Source of the DNA: Eledone cirrhosa
Taxonomy: Eukaryota
Length of the DNA: 64,000 nucleotides
Assembly (NCBI GenBank): GCA_964016885.1
Contig: OZ024741.1
Coordinates: 156,302,001-156,366,000 of the forward strand
Direction: 5' to 3'
The notes beneath the pieces were generated by a model. It did not search any database. It saw only the letters and a program-made list of their open reading frames with translations, and was not told the origin of the DNA. Shown in pieces: positions 1-12,318 of the stretch. Both the position numbers and the translations under genes were made by a program. Positions within the stretch are counted from its first letter, which is position 1; each line of letters opens with the position of its first letter.

Positions 1-31
1 TATATATATATAGATGTGTGTGTGTGTGTAC

Positions 32-71
<40 letters not shown>

Positions 72-313
72 ATACTTGGGGAGGGTCATATTTGTGTAAT
101 AATATTGCCAGAATTAATAACAGAACATACAATACAACGGGAGGAAACATAATAGCACCACTGACGATGTTGCAGATGTGCAACGAAAGAACTTTGTTAG
201 ACTATATATATGTGTTTGTGTCTATATTGTATCTGTATTTTTGACCGTTGGTCAGTCAATGGTAACATTGAGGACCGAATAAATGTGTGTGTGTGTGTGT
301 ATACATATATATG

Positions 314-393
<80 letters not shown>

Positions 394-472
394 TATGTAT
401 ATATGTACATATATATACATATATATGTATATATATACATATATATGTATATATATATACATATATATGTAT

Positions 473-532
<60 letters not shown>

Positions 533-537
<5 letters not shown>

Positions 538-733
538 AACCAGTAAGACCCCGACAGCTGAGCTCAAGCCGTTTCGACGGCTAATTCTGGACTGCGTCCA
601 GAATTAGCCGTCGAAACGGCTTGAGCTCAGCTGTCGGGGTCTTACTGGTTCCTATTACCCACTCTACTACCTCAAGTATTGAGTACTTTGGTGCGTTATG
701 GTCCACCTGGTTCCTTACCACATTTCCTTCGTT
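533..733. mobile_element. Short fold-back repeat (60-bp-arm palindrome plus unique tail) carrying the 3' half of a hammerhead-like motif; likely PLE-LTR-derived
   Basis: 533-655 is a perfect inverted repeat around a TGC loop, flanked by (TA)n. Related copies at 11579-11740, 20835-20885, 40449-40598 and 61643-61829. Confidence 0.75.
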
Positions 734-754
734 ATATATATATATATAGAGAGA

Positions 755-932
755 GAGAAAAGTGAGGTTGGTAATGGCACATGGAATATATATACTTTTT
801 TGTGAAAAAACATAATTTTATAAGGTAAGGAAATAATAAAGGGTATATATACCTTATAAAATTATGTTTTTTCACAAAAAAGTATTCTGTCTCTTATATA
901 TTCCATGTGCCATTACCAACCTCAATTTTCTC
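755..932. repeat. Inverted repeat (fold-back element) between microsatellites
   Basis: gagaaaagtgaggttggtaatggcacatgg...ataaggta mirrored by taccttat...ccatgtgccattaccaacctcaattttctc. Confidence 0.8.
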
Positions 933-964
933 TATAACCTTCGTTTTGTGTAGAAAATTACACT

Positions 965-995
<31 letters not shown>

Positions 996-1005
996 CGTGT
1001 CAGAC

Positions 1006-1132
1006 CTAGAAATACTTATCGTGATTTTGCAACATTAAAAGAATATTTGGAATCAGGTCTTCCTTCTTCATTGATGTATAAGGCAGGTTTCCAAATATTC
1101 TTTCAATGTTGTAAAATCACGATACGTATTTC
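1006..1132. repeat. Imperfect hairpin element
   Basis: gaaatacttatcgtgattttgcaacatt...atttggaa mirrored by ttccaaatat...aatgttgtaaaatcacgatacgtatttc. Confidence 0.7.
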
Positions 1133-1193
1133 TTTGGCCGACACACACACACACGCACACATATATATATATCTTACACATATATTTATATAC

Positions 1194-1229
<36 letters not shown>

Positions 1230-1584
1230 ATGTATGTGTGTGTGTGTGTGTGCGCGTGTGTGTGTGTATGTGTGTGTGTGTGTGTATACATATATTAATT
1301 GTACGCATTAAAAGTTCCATCAATGAATTTCTGCTTTCTCCCTAAGCGTCATCATCTGAAATCAGAGAAAAATCGATGTGTAGACGCATAAGAAGATAGA
1401 AACAAAAAACAAAAAAAAACGACCAAATATTGCTTTACCTTTCACTCTTTCTCTCACACCCTCTCTTTTATATATCTATAAATACATATATATATATATG
1501 CATGTATATACGTATGTATGTACGTATATATATATATACATGCATTTATATATGTATGTATATATGTGTGTGTGCGTGTGAGAA

Positions 1585-1627
<43 letters not shown>

Positions 1628-1960
1628 GCGTGTGTGTATATGTGCGTGTATAATCCAGTAAACTAAATTTGATACAGGAATTAATGTTCTCTATTCTGCA
1701 ACAAATTCTCTTGTAATGATATAAAATATGACTAAATTGAGTGCATTTAATATGGAGCCCATCAACAGATATCAATTTAACTATCAATAGCGGTGCATTT
1801 AAATAAATGTTTCGACGTTCAGTAGATTTAAGCCAGTACGAACTCTGTTGTTGTTATTGTTATTACTACTGCTGTCGTTGGCGTTGTTATACCTCCCCTA
1901 GTCGGTCTTCTCTTTATTGTTATTGTTACTACTGCCACTGATATTAGTAATGCTACTCAT

Positions 1961-2150
1961 GCGGTGGATTGGTAGTATCGGTAGAGATCCGGACAACATG
2001 CTTTGAAGCATAGAGTTACGTCCCTTTATGATCTGAGTTCAAATCCCGCCGAGGTTAACTTTGCCTTTCATCCTTACGCGGTCGATAAAATAAAGTACCA
2101 GTAATGTACTGGGTATTTTTCTGGCCTTGTGCCTAAAATAGAAACAATTA
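1961..2150 (+). mobile_element. tRNA-derived SINE (main family, Meta-like core, ATT tail)
   Basis: A-box-like tggattggtagtatcggtag, B-box gagttcaaatccc, core gcctttcatcc..gtcgataaaataaagtaccag, tail ggccttgtgcctaaaatagaaacaattatt; many copies in the window. Confidence 0.9.
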
Positions 2151-2204
2151 TTGTTGGTAATGCTGTTGCTGCTGTTGTGCTTGCTGTTGTTGTTACTACT
2201 CCCG

Positions 2205-2460
2205 TTACTGGCGGACAAAATGGAGAAAGCGTTTCCTCAGAGGATGGTAAGGGAGATGCGCTGGAAGAGCTATTCCATCTCGCGAGGCTCACACCTGCGG
2301 CTGGCCAGCTCAGCGCCTATGGTGGTGAGCAGGGAGGTAGCCCTAGGGCCAAGGACACCAGAAGTCTCCACTGCCAAGGGCACGACCACAAACCTGTCGG
2401 AGAGCGACCGGTTCTTGGGGAGTTTGCTCTCCTCAGACCGACGTGCAGTAGAACCTGGGT
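2205..2460 (-). mobile_element. CRE-like non-LTR retrotransposon fragment (REL endonuclease C-terminus)
   Basis: Minus-strand translation FVVVPLAVETSGVLGP...LFQRISLTIL*GNA resembles the CRE-clade C-terminal motif; second copy at 37545-37941. Confidence 0.7.
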
Positions 2461-2695
2461 GTTACTACTGATATTATAACTATATCTGCTGTTCCTGTTA
2501 CTACTATTGTTACTGTTCTTGTCGGTATTTATTTCTAGGTCAACTCTTGGTCCAGTAGGACTAATGGTCAAACGCACACTAACCTTAACTATCCAGTATT
2601 TATTCAATAGCATAGTTAAACTAGGACTGCCATTCTTTTTTCAAAGACGGTATGTTGTGACCAAGAAATGGTGTTTTAATAGTATATAATGATAT

Positions 2696-2881
2696 CTAGT
2701 ATAGGCACATGGCCAGTAATTTTGGGGGGAGGGGAAAGTCGATTAAATCGACCCAGTAGGTTACTTGTTTTTTATTTTATCGACTCCGTAAGGATGAAAG
2801 GCAAAGTTAACCTCGGCGGGATTTGAACTTAGAAAAGCATGGCGTCCGACCCCTTACCGATTCTGCCAATCCACCGTCCTT
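2696..2881 (-). mobile_element. tRNA-derived SINE with target-site duplication
   Basis: Reverse complement of the main SINE; taatagtatataat on both flanks. Confidence 0.85.
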
Positions 2882-3955
2882 TAATAGTATATAATAATGT
2901 AATAAATGAGTAACTACATGAATGAATGACTATAAGATAATTAGAAAAACACTACAAATATTTAAAAACAGAAAAGGAAGGAAAAGGCACGGATTGAAGG
3001 GCCACAGAAGAATGGGAAGGAAAAGGGAGAGTGTGATGGGCTCTAGCCCTATGGTGTGGTGGTGTTGGGGCTGCACTCCACAGACAAGACCGCAGAAGCA
3101 TTTCATGGCATCCTATTGCTTGGTAAAGTTTAAGGACACCTGCTATTTCGGGATAATTTTCTCCATTTCTGATCCTCCCAAGCTTTTATACAGACTTTAA
3201 AATCTTTCCCCTGCAGTTAACTTGATTCCCCTCTACTTCAAGTCTTTCCTCTCAAAACCATTTTCTGGTCTGATGTAGAGAAAATTATGTTTCAATTATT
3301 TGAGTCCCTTTTGTATTTTATTCACCGCTTTAATAGCTTTTCTAAATGCAAGCTTGATGTGCGAAAGAGAGTGGACAATTTTCTCAGCATCAAAAAGTTA
3401 ACCATACAAACACTTTTTGAAACATATGGAGGGCATTTTGACAAATTCATCTATACATAAATAACAATTTGTTCCTTGTGAGTAAACCATTCTTGGAATT
3501 CAACATAGTGGCAGGAGGAAACTTAAACTTTAGTATCTCATTACATTAGACCCAGCCTAAAAGTTCGCCCCCACCTCATTGACGAATTCGAATCATCTTT
3601 TATATATATTCTTTTTTCATTTCCATGTTATTTATCATTTTCATTTCTGATTCATGCTTTCATTTTCTGTTCTTTGTATAAACACTTTCGTCTTCATCCA
3701 TATCTGAGGCCATATCATCATCTCTCTCTGACCCCTCCCACTTCGTCTCCTTCTTTCTTTGTCAGTATCAACAAAAACACACACACACATATATATAAAG
3801 AGAGAAAGAAACAAATGGATAGGTAGCTAGATAGATAGATAGATAAAGAGTTACCAGCTTAGATGAGAAAGACTATTGTCCAACTTAGTTCTAGTTACGT
3901 AAGAAAGTTGAGTGTAGGTATTGTAAATAGTTATAGCCGTCGATGTATATATACA

Positions 3956-4065
<110 letters not shown>

Positions 4066-4190
4066 TGTGTGTGTGCGCGCGCGCGTGCGCGTGTGTGTAA
4101 CTTTGATAGGTTTCGGCCAGTATTGACCCCGCCTATAATTCAATGCATTGATGAGATGCTTATGTAAACCTTTTGGAGGAAATTAAGATT

Positions 4191-4276
4191 ATATTAAGCG
4201 TATTAATTAATTCATATACAGAGACATACACATTATATATAAGCGTGTTGAGTGAATGTGAGACATTATGTGTGTG

Positions 4277-4310
<34 letters not shown>

Positions 4311-4385
4311 ATGTCTCACATTCACTCAACACGCTTATATATAATGTGTATGTCTCTGTATATGAATTAATTAATACGCTTAATA
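4191..4385. repeat. Near-perfect inverted repeat around a TG/TA/CA microsatellite
   Basis: About 75-bp arms atattaagcg...gagacatt / aatgtctc...cgcttaatat. Confidence 0.9.
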
Positions 4386-4454
4386 TATATATATATATAT
4401 ATATACACATAATGATATATATATACATACATATTATGATATATATATATATAT

Positions 4455-5240
4455 ATTTCGTTTCTGAATTTGTTTAGCAACATTCTTTATCTGAAAATGT
4501 GTGTTGAAACCGATATTGTTATGCTTTGGGAGGGTTATGTTGCCAATAAGAAACACACGCACCAGTTGTTTCACTCCAATTTATTATAAATTAAATTTAT
4601 AAATTTAATAATTTATAAATTTCCCGTTGGTTGGTTGGTTCCATAACCGGACGGTTGTTCATATATTGTCAAAGTTCTTTCGTCACACATTCTGTGACAT
4701 CTTCATTGACTGGGGATTCTTTTCTTTGTTTTTGTGCCCCTCCTTTGTTCTGTCCTACGCCATCTTGTTTTTGTGTGTGTTGCGTGCTTAGTTTGCGCAT
4801 GTGTTACATCCGGGAGTCTGTGTGTGTTTATATTTGTTTATTTATTTGTTTATTTACCTGTTACTGGTTGGTCGTTTGTTCTATGTGTGTGTGTGTTTTC
4901 ATTTTGTCCTTAACTGTAAGTTGTGATGTTGCTATTCCATTCATGTTTTCTATTTAATTTTGGTTGGAGTTCATTTATGTTTATTGCCTCTGTGATTTGT
5001 CTAAACATTGCGTCTTTTCTGTGTGTAGATTCTATTTTTATTTCTATGTTCTCTAATTTGCCCTTATGTTCTATTTTAGCATGCTGGTGGAGTATTGATG
5101 ATTCTTTTTTACTTGAAGTTCTTGCCAGTGTTCATTTAACCGTTCTCCTATACTACGAGCTGTCTCACCTATGTACACTATATTCTTATCTTTACATTGT
5201 CCTTCAGTACATCTTATGCTATATACTACATTTCTAGTTT
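4455..5240. mobile_element. Dispersed repeat, probable PLE pseudo-LTR family
   Basis: attgttat(g/a)ctttgggaggg...gccaataag motif shared with 65-90, 21160-21210, 58096-58307 and 61872-62185; abuts a PLE ORF fragment. Confidence 0.55.
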
Positions 5241-5299
5241 TACAGTTAATAGGGGGGCTTAGTTTACAGATTATGCATTTCCTATCTATACAGGGAGGT

Positions 5300-5870
5300 C
5301 TTTGAAAAGGGTATATATTACTAATAAGTGTTTTTATGGAGGTACCTGGTCTTTCTACTATCTTAATATTTAGTTTAAGTTTATCTAAGGCCCTTCTAAA
5401 TTTGTAAGCTAGTTCACCTCTAGGGTTGTATTGATGAACATTACACTCTGGTATTTATTGCTATCATACCATGAGTTTATCCTATTAACCTTATTCCTAG
5501 TTCTTTCTATTCTATTCCAAAATTTGCTCCTATACAAGGGGAAGGTCCCATTTGTATCATTATTTACCATTTTTCCCATTTGGTTCTGACTCCTCTATAT
5601 ACTCTAAATTTATCTCTCTGATTGTAACCAGAGAACTGCATACGGTGGATGAAGTGTTGTATGTGTCTCTCTAGTTCTTTGGTGTTGCACATGCGGGACA
5701 CGTTTCTCATCACCCGTACCAAATCCGCAATCAGTATGTTGATTTTGGTGGATCCGAAACAGCTGAGTTTCGGTGGATCAGATATTTGGAAGTCATGGGT
5801 TTGGCATAATGGGAATGGAGGATTTGTTTTTTATTATTAATGGCTTCTAACTAGAACTCTGTGTCTAGTA
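5300..5870 (-). mobile_element. Penelope-like element fragment (RT thumb/linker), degenerate
   Basis: Minus-strand peptides HYAKPMTSKYLIHRNSA, KINILIADLVRVMRNVS, MQFSGY and PLYRSKFWNRIER, with frameshifts. Confidence 0.65.
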
Positions 5871-5989
5871 CAGGTAATCGATTATATATATATATAAGAG
5901 ATGTCAACATGAATGGACCTGTTATTTTTATTTAAAGACATTTTTTCCAATTCCAACTCGCCCATCTCCTCAATCTATCTTATTTCTTA

Positions 5990-6031
5990 TTCTTTCTAAT
6001 GATGAAGGACTGGCGTCCGAAACGTTAAGAG
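5990..6031 (+). ncRNA. Degenerate minimal hammerhead motif
   Basis: aTGATGA-a-ggac-tggc-gtcc-GAAA-cgtt; palindromic stem III; C3 mutated. Confidence 0.45.
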
Positions 6032-6139
6032 CCTCTTCCAGCTATATCAAGCATTAACCTAATATTTCCCTTCCATATACTATACCGATTGTGTTGTTAT
6101 AACTGTTTACCTTTTACACACACACACATATATATTTAT

Positions 6140-6530
6140 ATCATCATCATCACCATTTTACGTCTGTTCTTCCACGCTAGCGTGGGTTAGATGGGTTGTC
6201 CTGCTGTTGGAAGTGTCTGGTTGGCTGACCTTGTCTTGCTCATACAGGAACTGATTCTGGCTTGATTTCTACAGCTGGATGCCCTTCCTAACACCAACCT
6301 CATTTACAGTGAGTGCTGGGTGCTTTTTTGCCGTGGCACCTCCACGACACTTTGAAGTGGAATGATAGGGACCCCAGTCCTATCATCTCATTTCTACAGC
6401 TGAGTAAACTGGGGCAATGTGAAATAAAGTGTCTTGCTCAAGGAAACAACAAATCGCCGGGTCCGAGAATTTTTCACACAACTTTCCGATTGCAAGCCCA
6501 ATGCTCTAACCAATAAGTCATGCGCCTTCA
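6140..6530 (-). mobile_element. tRNA/CORE-type SINE with RTE-like (GAT)n tail
   Basis: Minus strand has a tRNA-like head, ccttgagcaag CORE-like motif, aggaagggcatccagc segment and a gatgatgat tail. Confidence 0.6.
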
Positions 6531-6542
6531 TATATATATATA

Positions 6543-7105
6543 TTAAGTAAGTTAATTATTATAATTTTCTCATTTTACGTCTTTCATATAATTGTTCTAC
6601 ATTTTTGTATTGAACCACAAAGTTACTAAGACAAAACCTATAGCTTGCTAGCATAAGTATACTTCTCTATAAATATGTTGGTAGATATACTAATTCTTTA
6701 TAATTATCTCCAAATTATTTGTTGAGCAAAAATTCGCCTGAATTACTGCTGATTCATAGTAATATTTTGGCTACTGTCTTTTTAACACCCTACTCCTCAC
6801 TGATTAACCTCGATGTCACGTGATTGATTCTTTTGAATTTGCCACTGACCGGGAAGGTAGTGTAATTTTCAGTGTCTTGAAATTTAGTCCGCGCTTGCTT
6901 CTTTTCCATTCACTGAATTATTTTTGTTTGAGATCCCTGTGTCCGCCTATCGCCTGGGATCTTAGCAGAGAATTGACTCCCCGATGAAGAAAGGAATTCT
7001 CCATGGTTTTGAACACTATGTATATCCGCTTTCAGAAACTAATTAGTTGGAGTGAAATTTAAGTAAGTTAATTATTATAATTTTCTTATTTTACGTCTTT
7101 CATAT
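6543..7105 (+). mobile_element. Retrozyme-like unit: about 516-bp monomer plus about 47-bp terminal redundancy, with HHR
   Basis: 6543-6590 repeats at 7059-7105; HHR at 6976-7053; (TA)n flanks; no ORF. Confidence 0.7.
6976..7053 (+). ncRNA. Type I hammerhead ribozyme (CCGAUGA variant)
   Basis: Stem I actcc/ggagt, core CCGATGA, stem II gaaag...ctttc, GAAA, palindromic stem III actaattagt, predicted cut after GTT at 7048. Confidence 0.7.
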
Positions 7106-7142
7106 ATATATATATAGACAGAGAGAGGGAGAGAGATTGATT

Positions 7143-7206
<64 letters not shown>

Positions 7207-7246
7207 TATGTATACACGGGTGTGTATGATTGTGTATAGAAGATTA

Positions 7247-7709
7247 TATTAATAAAAGGAATTCCAACTTTGTGTGATTAACTTGTTTTATTTACAATCC
7301 TTTAAAATTATAATTGTTTCTACTTTTGGCAACAAGGCTATCAATTACCCAGTGTATTACTGGTACTTTATTTTATCGACCCCGTAAGGATGAAAGGCAA
7401 AGTTAACCTCGGCTGGATTTTAACTCGGAATGGCAAGGGCCGTAACTCTATGCGTCAAAGCATGGCGTACGACCCTCTACCGATACTGCCAATCAGTGGT
7501 GACAGTTAAGTTTGCAATTTCCGACTGTCAGTCGAAAATTGCAAACTTGACAGTCAGCACTGAATATGAACGTGAAGATTGCAAAAGCATGAAAGTACTT
7601 GATCAATTAACATTTAATGTTCTACCATACTATTTCATTATAATATCATTATAATCTTAAAGGATTGTAAATACAACGAGTTAATAAGACAAAGTTGGAA
7701 TTCCTTTTA

Positions 7710-7714
<5 letters not shown>
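7247..7714. repeat. Inverted-repeat element (about 65-bp arms) containing a SINE
   Basis: tattaataaaaggaattccaactttg / caaagttggaattccttttattaata. Confidence 0.75.
7311..7495 (-). mobile_element. tRNA-derived SINE
   Basis: Reverse complement of the main SINE family. Confidence 0.85.
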
Positions 7715-7796
<82 letters not shown>

Positions 7797-7908
7797 ATAT
7801 ATATATATACATACATATATATACATATAAATATATACATATATATACATATATATATACATACATATATATAGATACAGATATATATACATACATATAT
7901 ATAGATAC

Positions 7909-8516
7909 ATGGTGGCTGCCAACTCGTTTTCGAGTACGGCCACTACTTTATATCCATGTAGGAGAACCCCTACCGATGCGCTGAACGAATGTGACTTTAG
8001 TCCAGCCAGCGACTTGAAAACTCTGGTACAAAGACTACACTTGTGACCATTATTGACACATAGTGCAGGGCCCATGGTACCATGTGATGACAAGTGCAGA
8101 GAGATCTCCAGATATAAAGCAATGCCTGTGCTGTGAAGCTTTTATAGTGAGCAAAGGCACTGCACAAAGCCAGTCCCACTCTCTTAACCAAGATGATATT
8201 TACCAAAAAGAAGAACAGGTCAACATCATTGGATACCATCAGGATTGCAGGTGTTATATCAGAGTTTTCCTTCTCCTAGAATTCTGCCTTGACAAAGGCT
8301 AAGGGGTCATCTCTCCCGGTGATTTTGGATGGCTATTGACTCTTAAGAGCTCCCTTGCCCTTTGACAGGTTTTGTTTTTAGTCCTGCAGGATGTCCAAAG
8401 TCACCCTCCTCACCAAGAAACCTTGGTGGGGTTGCCAGTTTAGTCGCCAACGACCCGACCATGAGACAGGTTGTACTGGGATACATGTTACCAGTAGCAC
8501 CAACTGGTGACCTGAC
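7909..8516 (-). mobile_element. Internally deleted, non-autonomous RTE-like element (about 610 bp)
   Basis: Highly similar copy at 19467-20076; structured 5' UTR-like part joined to a C2H2 remnant [19 protein letters not shown]; TA-rich flanks. Confidence 0.75.
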
Positions 8517-8568
8517 ATAAATATATACATAAATAGATACATACATACATACATATATACATACCTAC

Positions 8569-8616
<48 letters not shown>

Positions 8617-8678
8617 TCCGCGAGAATCGCATTTCGGCGGGTAGAAAAGGCGAAATGAACCGCAAAATCAGAGTTATG

Positions 8679-8749
<71 letters not shown>

Positions 8750-8754
<5 letters not shown>

Positions 8755-10015
8755 TACGGTATCTTAAATGAGGATAGAGAGAGGAGGTATAAAGAGATGC
8801 GATACAGAGTGTTATTTGTCAAGAGCTGGTGCATAGGTCATCGATACTTGTGTAATCAGGGTTAATAAATATTAGAGGAGTTAATATTTAGTGTACGAAG
8901 ATAAGCAGAGCGATTATAAGCGAAAATATTAATGAAAGAGAAGCAAGCCATTAAATCACATTTATAAAAAGCTCTTACATATGTTTCGACCAGTGGGGCT
9001 CTTCTGAGGCATTTATAAAGGCAAAGTATTTAATAAAATACCTTGCACGGGTAGAGACATATTTTAACATCAGAATGCATTACTCCGTATAGAAAATTGG
9101 AGGGAAAGTCATTGTGCTCAAAGGGACGAAATTACCGGTGCAAAGTAGAGTTATCTGTCAAACTAATGACCGCTAGTAAAAATATTTTATTTATTGTTCC
9201 AAGGAGTTAATTTAATTATGGTTTGTCAACTCAATTTAATGAGGCAGTGTGAGGTATGGGTATGAGTATCAATTATGAATAAAGTCATTAAAGACTATAC
9301 ACAAATTTAGTTAGTATAAAGTTGTAAGTTCAGTGTAGGCTTAAAGGCCTAGAAAGGTAAAGACACTTTAGATGGAATCTGTATAATTATATGATCTTTT
9401 GTCTAAAGAGTTTATTGGCTATAAGCGGCCGTTATCTAACATTACCCCAAAATTAGTCTAGCAGTGTAGAAGAATATAGCGGGTTAAGCCCAGCTGAATA
9501 TACGTAATGCAACTCCCTGAAGGGAGAACAGAGGGTGTATGATGGTGTTGCTCCAAGATGTTTAATAGTAGGTCCACCGTAGTAAGTCGAGCCAGGGTAT
9601 AGTGTTGGAAGCCCCGGGTGTTATGGTGGTTGAGTATTTGTCGGGGCCCATCTATAGAAAGATTGTTGTAGTCTATGGCCGCAATTGATTACAGCTTCAG
9701 CCCGGCTATTTATGAGCTCCTGGGGTGCTTGCATCATATAGTAAAGTTCCATAAGGCAGAGTTGGCAGCTTTTTTAAAAGTTGTAAAGTGTTGCCTGGTT
9801 CAGAATTTCCCAATAAGTGGTGAAGCTAGTGCTAGAGTAATTTAATAGGGTGATATAGTTAGCGAGGGACGTAGAGTATCTAAGCTTCTTATTCTTAAAA
9901 GAGTGGAAGTGTGCTCGAAATCTGGTCTTGAACGACCCAGTGGTAGTTCCTATGTAATACTTAATACTATTATGACTAGTAACAGTACATCTATAGATAA
10001 CATTTTTAGTTAGGC
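8750..10015 (-). mobile_element. PLE 3' fragment (GIY-YIG plus 3' UTR)
   Basis: Minus translation CLTKNVIYRCTVTSHNSIKYYIGTTTGSFKTRF; degenerate HHR at 8971-9010 (cAGAAGA...ggtc GAAA catatGTA). Confidence 0.8.
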
Positions 10016-11578
10016 AGTAGCCTCGGAACAGACTTATCTAGTGATGAAATGCATATAATTCTAACAGCACGGAAAACATTAATAGAATTCAATAAACATC
10101 TCTGGACAAGAGCCGATAGTAAAAATAATTTTGATATCACTATGGGATCATCTGACTCGGCGCAAATAACGGATCTTGTGGGGTTATTTATTAATAATAC
10201 ACTGCATAGGAAAATGCCAGAGATGACCGGTGGTTTATATCGTGACGATATGCTGCTTTTAATTGAAAACCATAGTAATTGTGAAATTAATAGGAAAAGA
10301 AAATCCATAATACAATTCTTTAATAATTATAACCTTAAGTTAGAAATAGAGAATAACTATAAAATCGTTAACTTCTTAGACGTACCATTAAACCTTAGCA
10401 CAGGGCTTTACTATCCATTCCATAAAATTAACAAATATCTAAATTACGTAAGTTTTAACTCTAATCATCCTAGATATATTAAGAACACTAGTGTCAATAG
10501 TGTCCAACAACGGATTTCACGCATCTCTGCTATAAAAATATTTTTGATGATAAGGCAGAATATTATAATGAAGCTTTAAATAGAGCAGGGTATTCGAATA
10601 AAATTAAATACATTGACAACAATAAGATGGCAAATCACCCAAGTATTTATTATAATAATAATAAACAATTCAACTTAAACTCTAAACCAAACAAAAGAAC
10701 TAGAACTAGAAATATTATTTGTAACCCCCCCCCCCCCCTATTCTCATTAAGCGTTAAAACACCATTAGCAAAGCTATTCCTTAAAGCACTAGACAAATGT
10801 TTTCCTAAAGCCCACAGATACCACTCAGTCTTTAACAGACATACTATAAAACTATCCTACTCTAATATTATGAACATAGCACAAAATATAAATAGAATTA
10901 ATAATAGAAACTTAAATTTAAACCCTAACCAAAATAACCATAATAGCAATAATAATATTTCTAGCAATATCCGACCTAATAGTACCGTTCCGAACAACAA
11001 CAACTCCGTAAAATGTAATTGTAGAATCAAATCAAAATAAGTGTTTAGATAAAAACGTAGTCTATAAATGCACAGTTAAAACTAGAGATAATATATTTAA
11101 CTATGTCGGTGCCACTTCTACGAAATTTAAAGATCGCTGGAATAACCATAATAATTCTTTCAGAAGATCTGATAAAAAATCTTCTACTTCTCTTTCACAT
11201 CTTATATGGAACTTAAAAAGCAAGAATTTAGACTATTCAATATTTGGAAAACGATTTCGAAAGTACCTGCGTACCGAAATATGGCTTTATCAAAATTCTG
11301 TATATTGTGTATCGAAGAAATTTTTTATATAATTAACTGCCAAAACTCTATTAATCTCAGGACAGAATTATTTTCTTCTTGCAGACATCGCAAAAATTCT
11401 ACATTCCGAACTATGTGTAATTTATAATATTCTTATAAACCTTCAAAATGATCCTATCTTCTTTAACAATTTAAATTTTTAATATTTTAATATATTAATA
11501 TTTCTAAATGGTAATATCTCTAATATTTGTAGTACTTTCACCTTTCAGCAAAAGTTTATTTTAATATATATATATATA

Positions 11579-11739
11579 ACGAAGGAAATGTGGTAAGGAA
11601 CCAGGTGGACCATAACGCACCAAAGTACTCAATACTTAGGGTAGTAGAGTGGGTAATAGGAACCAGTAAGACCCCGACTGTCCAGAATTAGCCGTCGAAA
11701 CGGCTTGAGCTCAGCCGTCGGGGTCTTACTGGTTCCTAT

Positions 11740-11740
<1 letters not shown>
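11579..11740. mobile_element. Copy of the 533-733 fold-back family nested in a PLE 3' UTR
   Basis: Inverted tail plus gtccagaattagccgtcgaaacggcttgagctcagccgtcgggg, set in (TA)n. Confidence 0.8.
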
Positions 11741-11811
<71 letters not shown>

Positions 11812-12123
11812 GATATTTATATATATTTATGTATATTTATATCATTTTAATTTTAATTTTAATTTTTTAATTCTTTAATTCTTACATCATATTTTTCCAA
11901 TGACACCCTCTAAAGCTATTTTTAAACGTAGATTAATAACCATTAACTGACATTGGAAAAATGTATCCTATTCAAGACGATTTTTAAACATTTACACTTC
12001 TTTCGACTAAATAATTAATTAATCTCACACTAACCATTAAAACGTTTATCGATTAACAAACAAAATTGGAGTTATCTTTCCTTTCTCAATCATATAAACT
12101 TATTACATTATTATATACGTAAA

Positions 12124-12318
12124 AGGGCGGTGGATTGGCAGTATCGGTAGAGGGTCGGACGTCATGCTTTGACGCATAGAGTTACGGCCCTTTCCATTCT
12201 AAGTTCAAATCCAGCCGAGGTCAACTTTGCCTTTCATCCTTACAGGGTCGATAAAATAAAGTACCGGTAATGTACTGGGTAATTGCTGGCCTTGTGCCAA
12301 AAAGTTGAAACAATTATT
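12124..12318 (+). mobile_element. tRNA-derived SINE with 17-bp TSD
   Basis: Full-length copy; attattatatacgtaaa on both sides. Confidence 0.9.

Noticed and set aside
153-200. CTGACGA-tgttgca gatg tgcaac-GAAA hammerhead candidate
   Set aside because: Core and stem II are present, but stems I and III do not close convincingly; kept only as a weak candidate
14-607. YI/CV/HT-repeat ORFs here and throughout the window
   Set aside because: Translations of (TA)n, (TG)n and (CA)n tracts
1961-2050. tRNA gene
   Set aside because: It is a SINE head; no complete cloverleaf and it continues into the SINE core
3080-3530. Possible old LINE fragment on the minus strand (RNKLLFMYR)
   Set aside because: Too degenerate to assign
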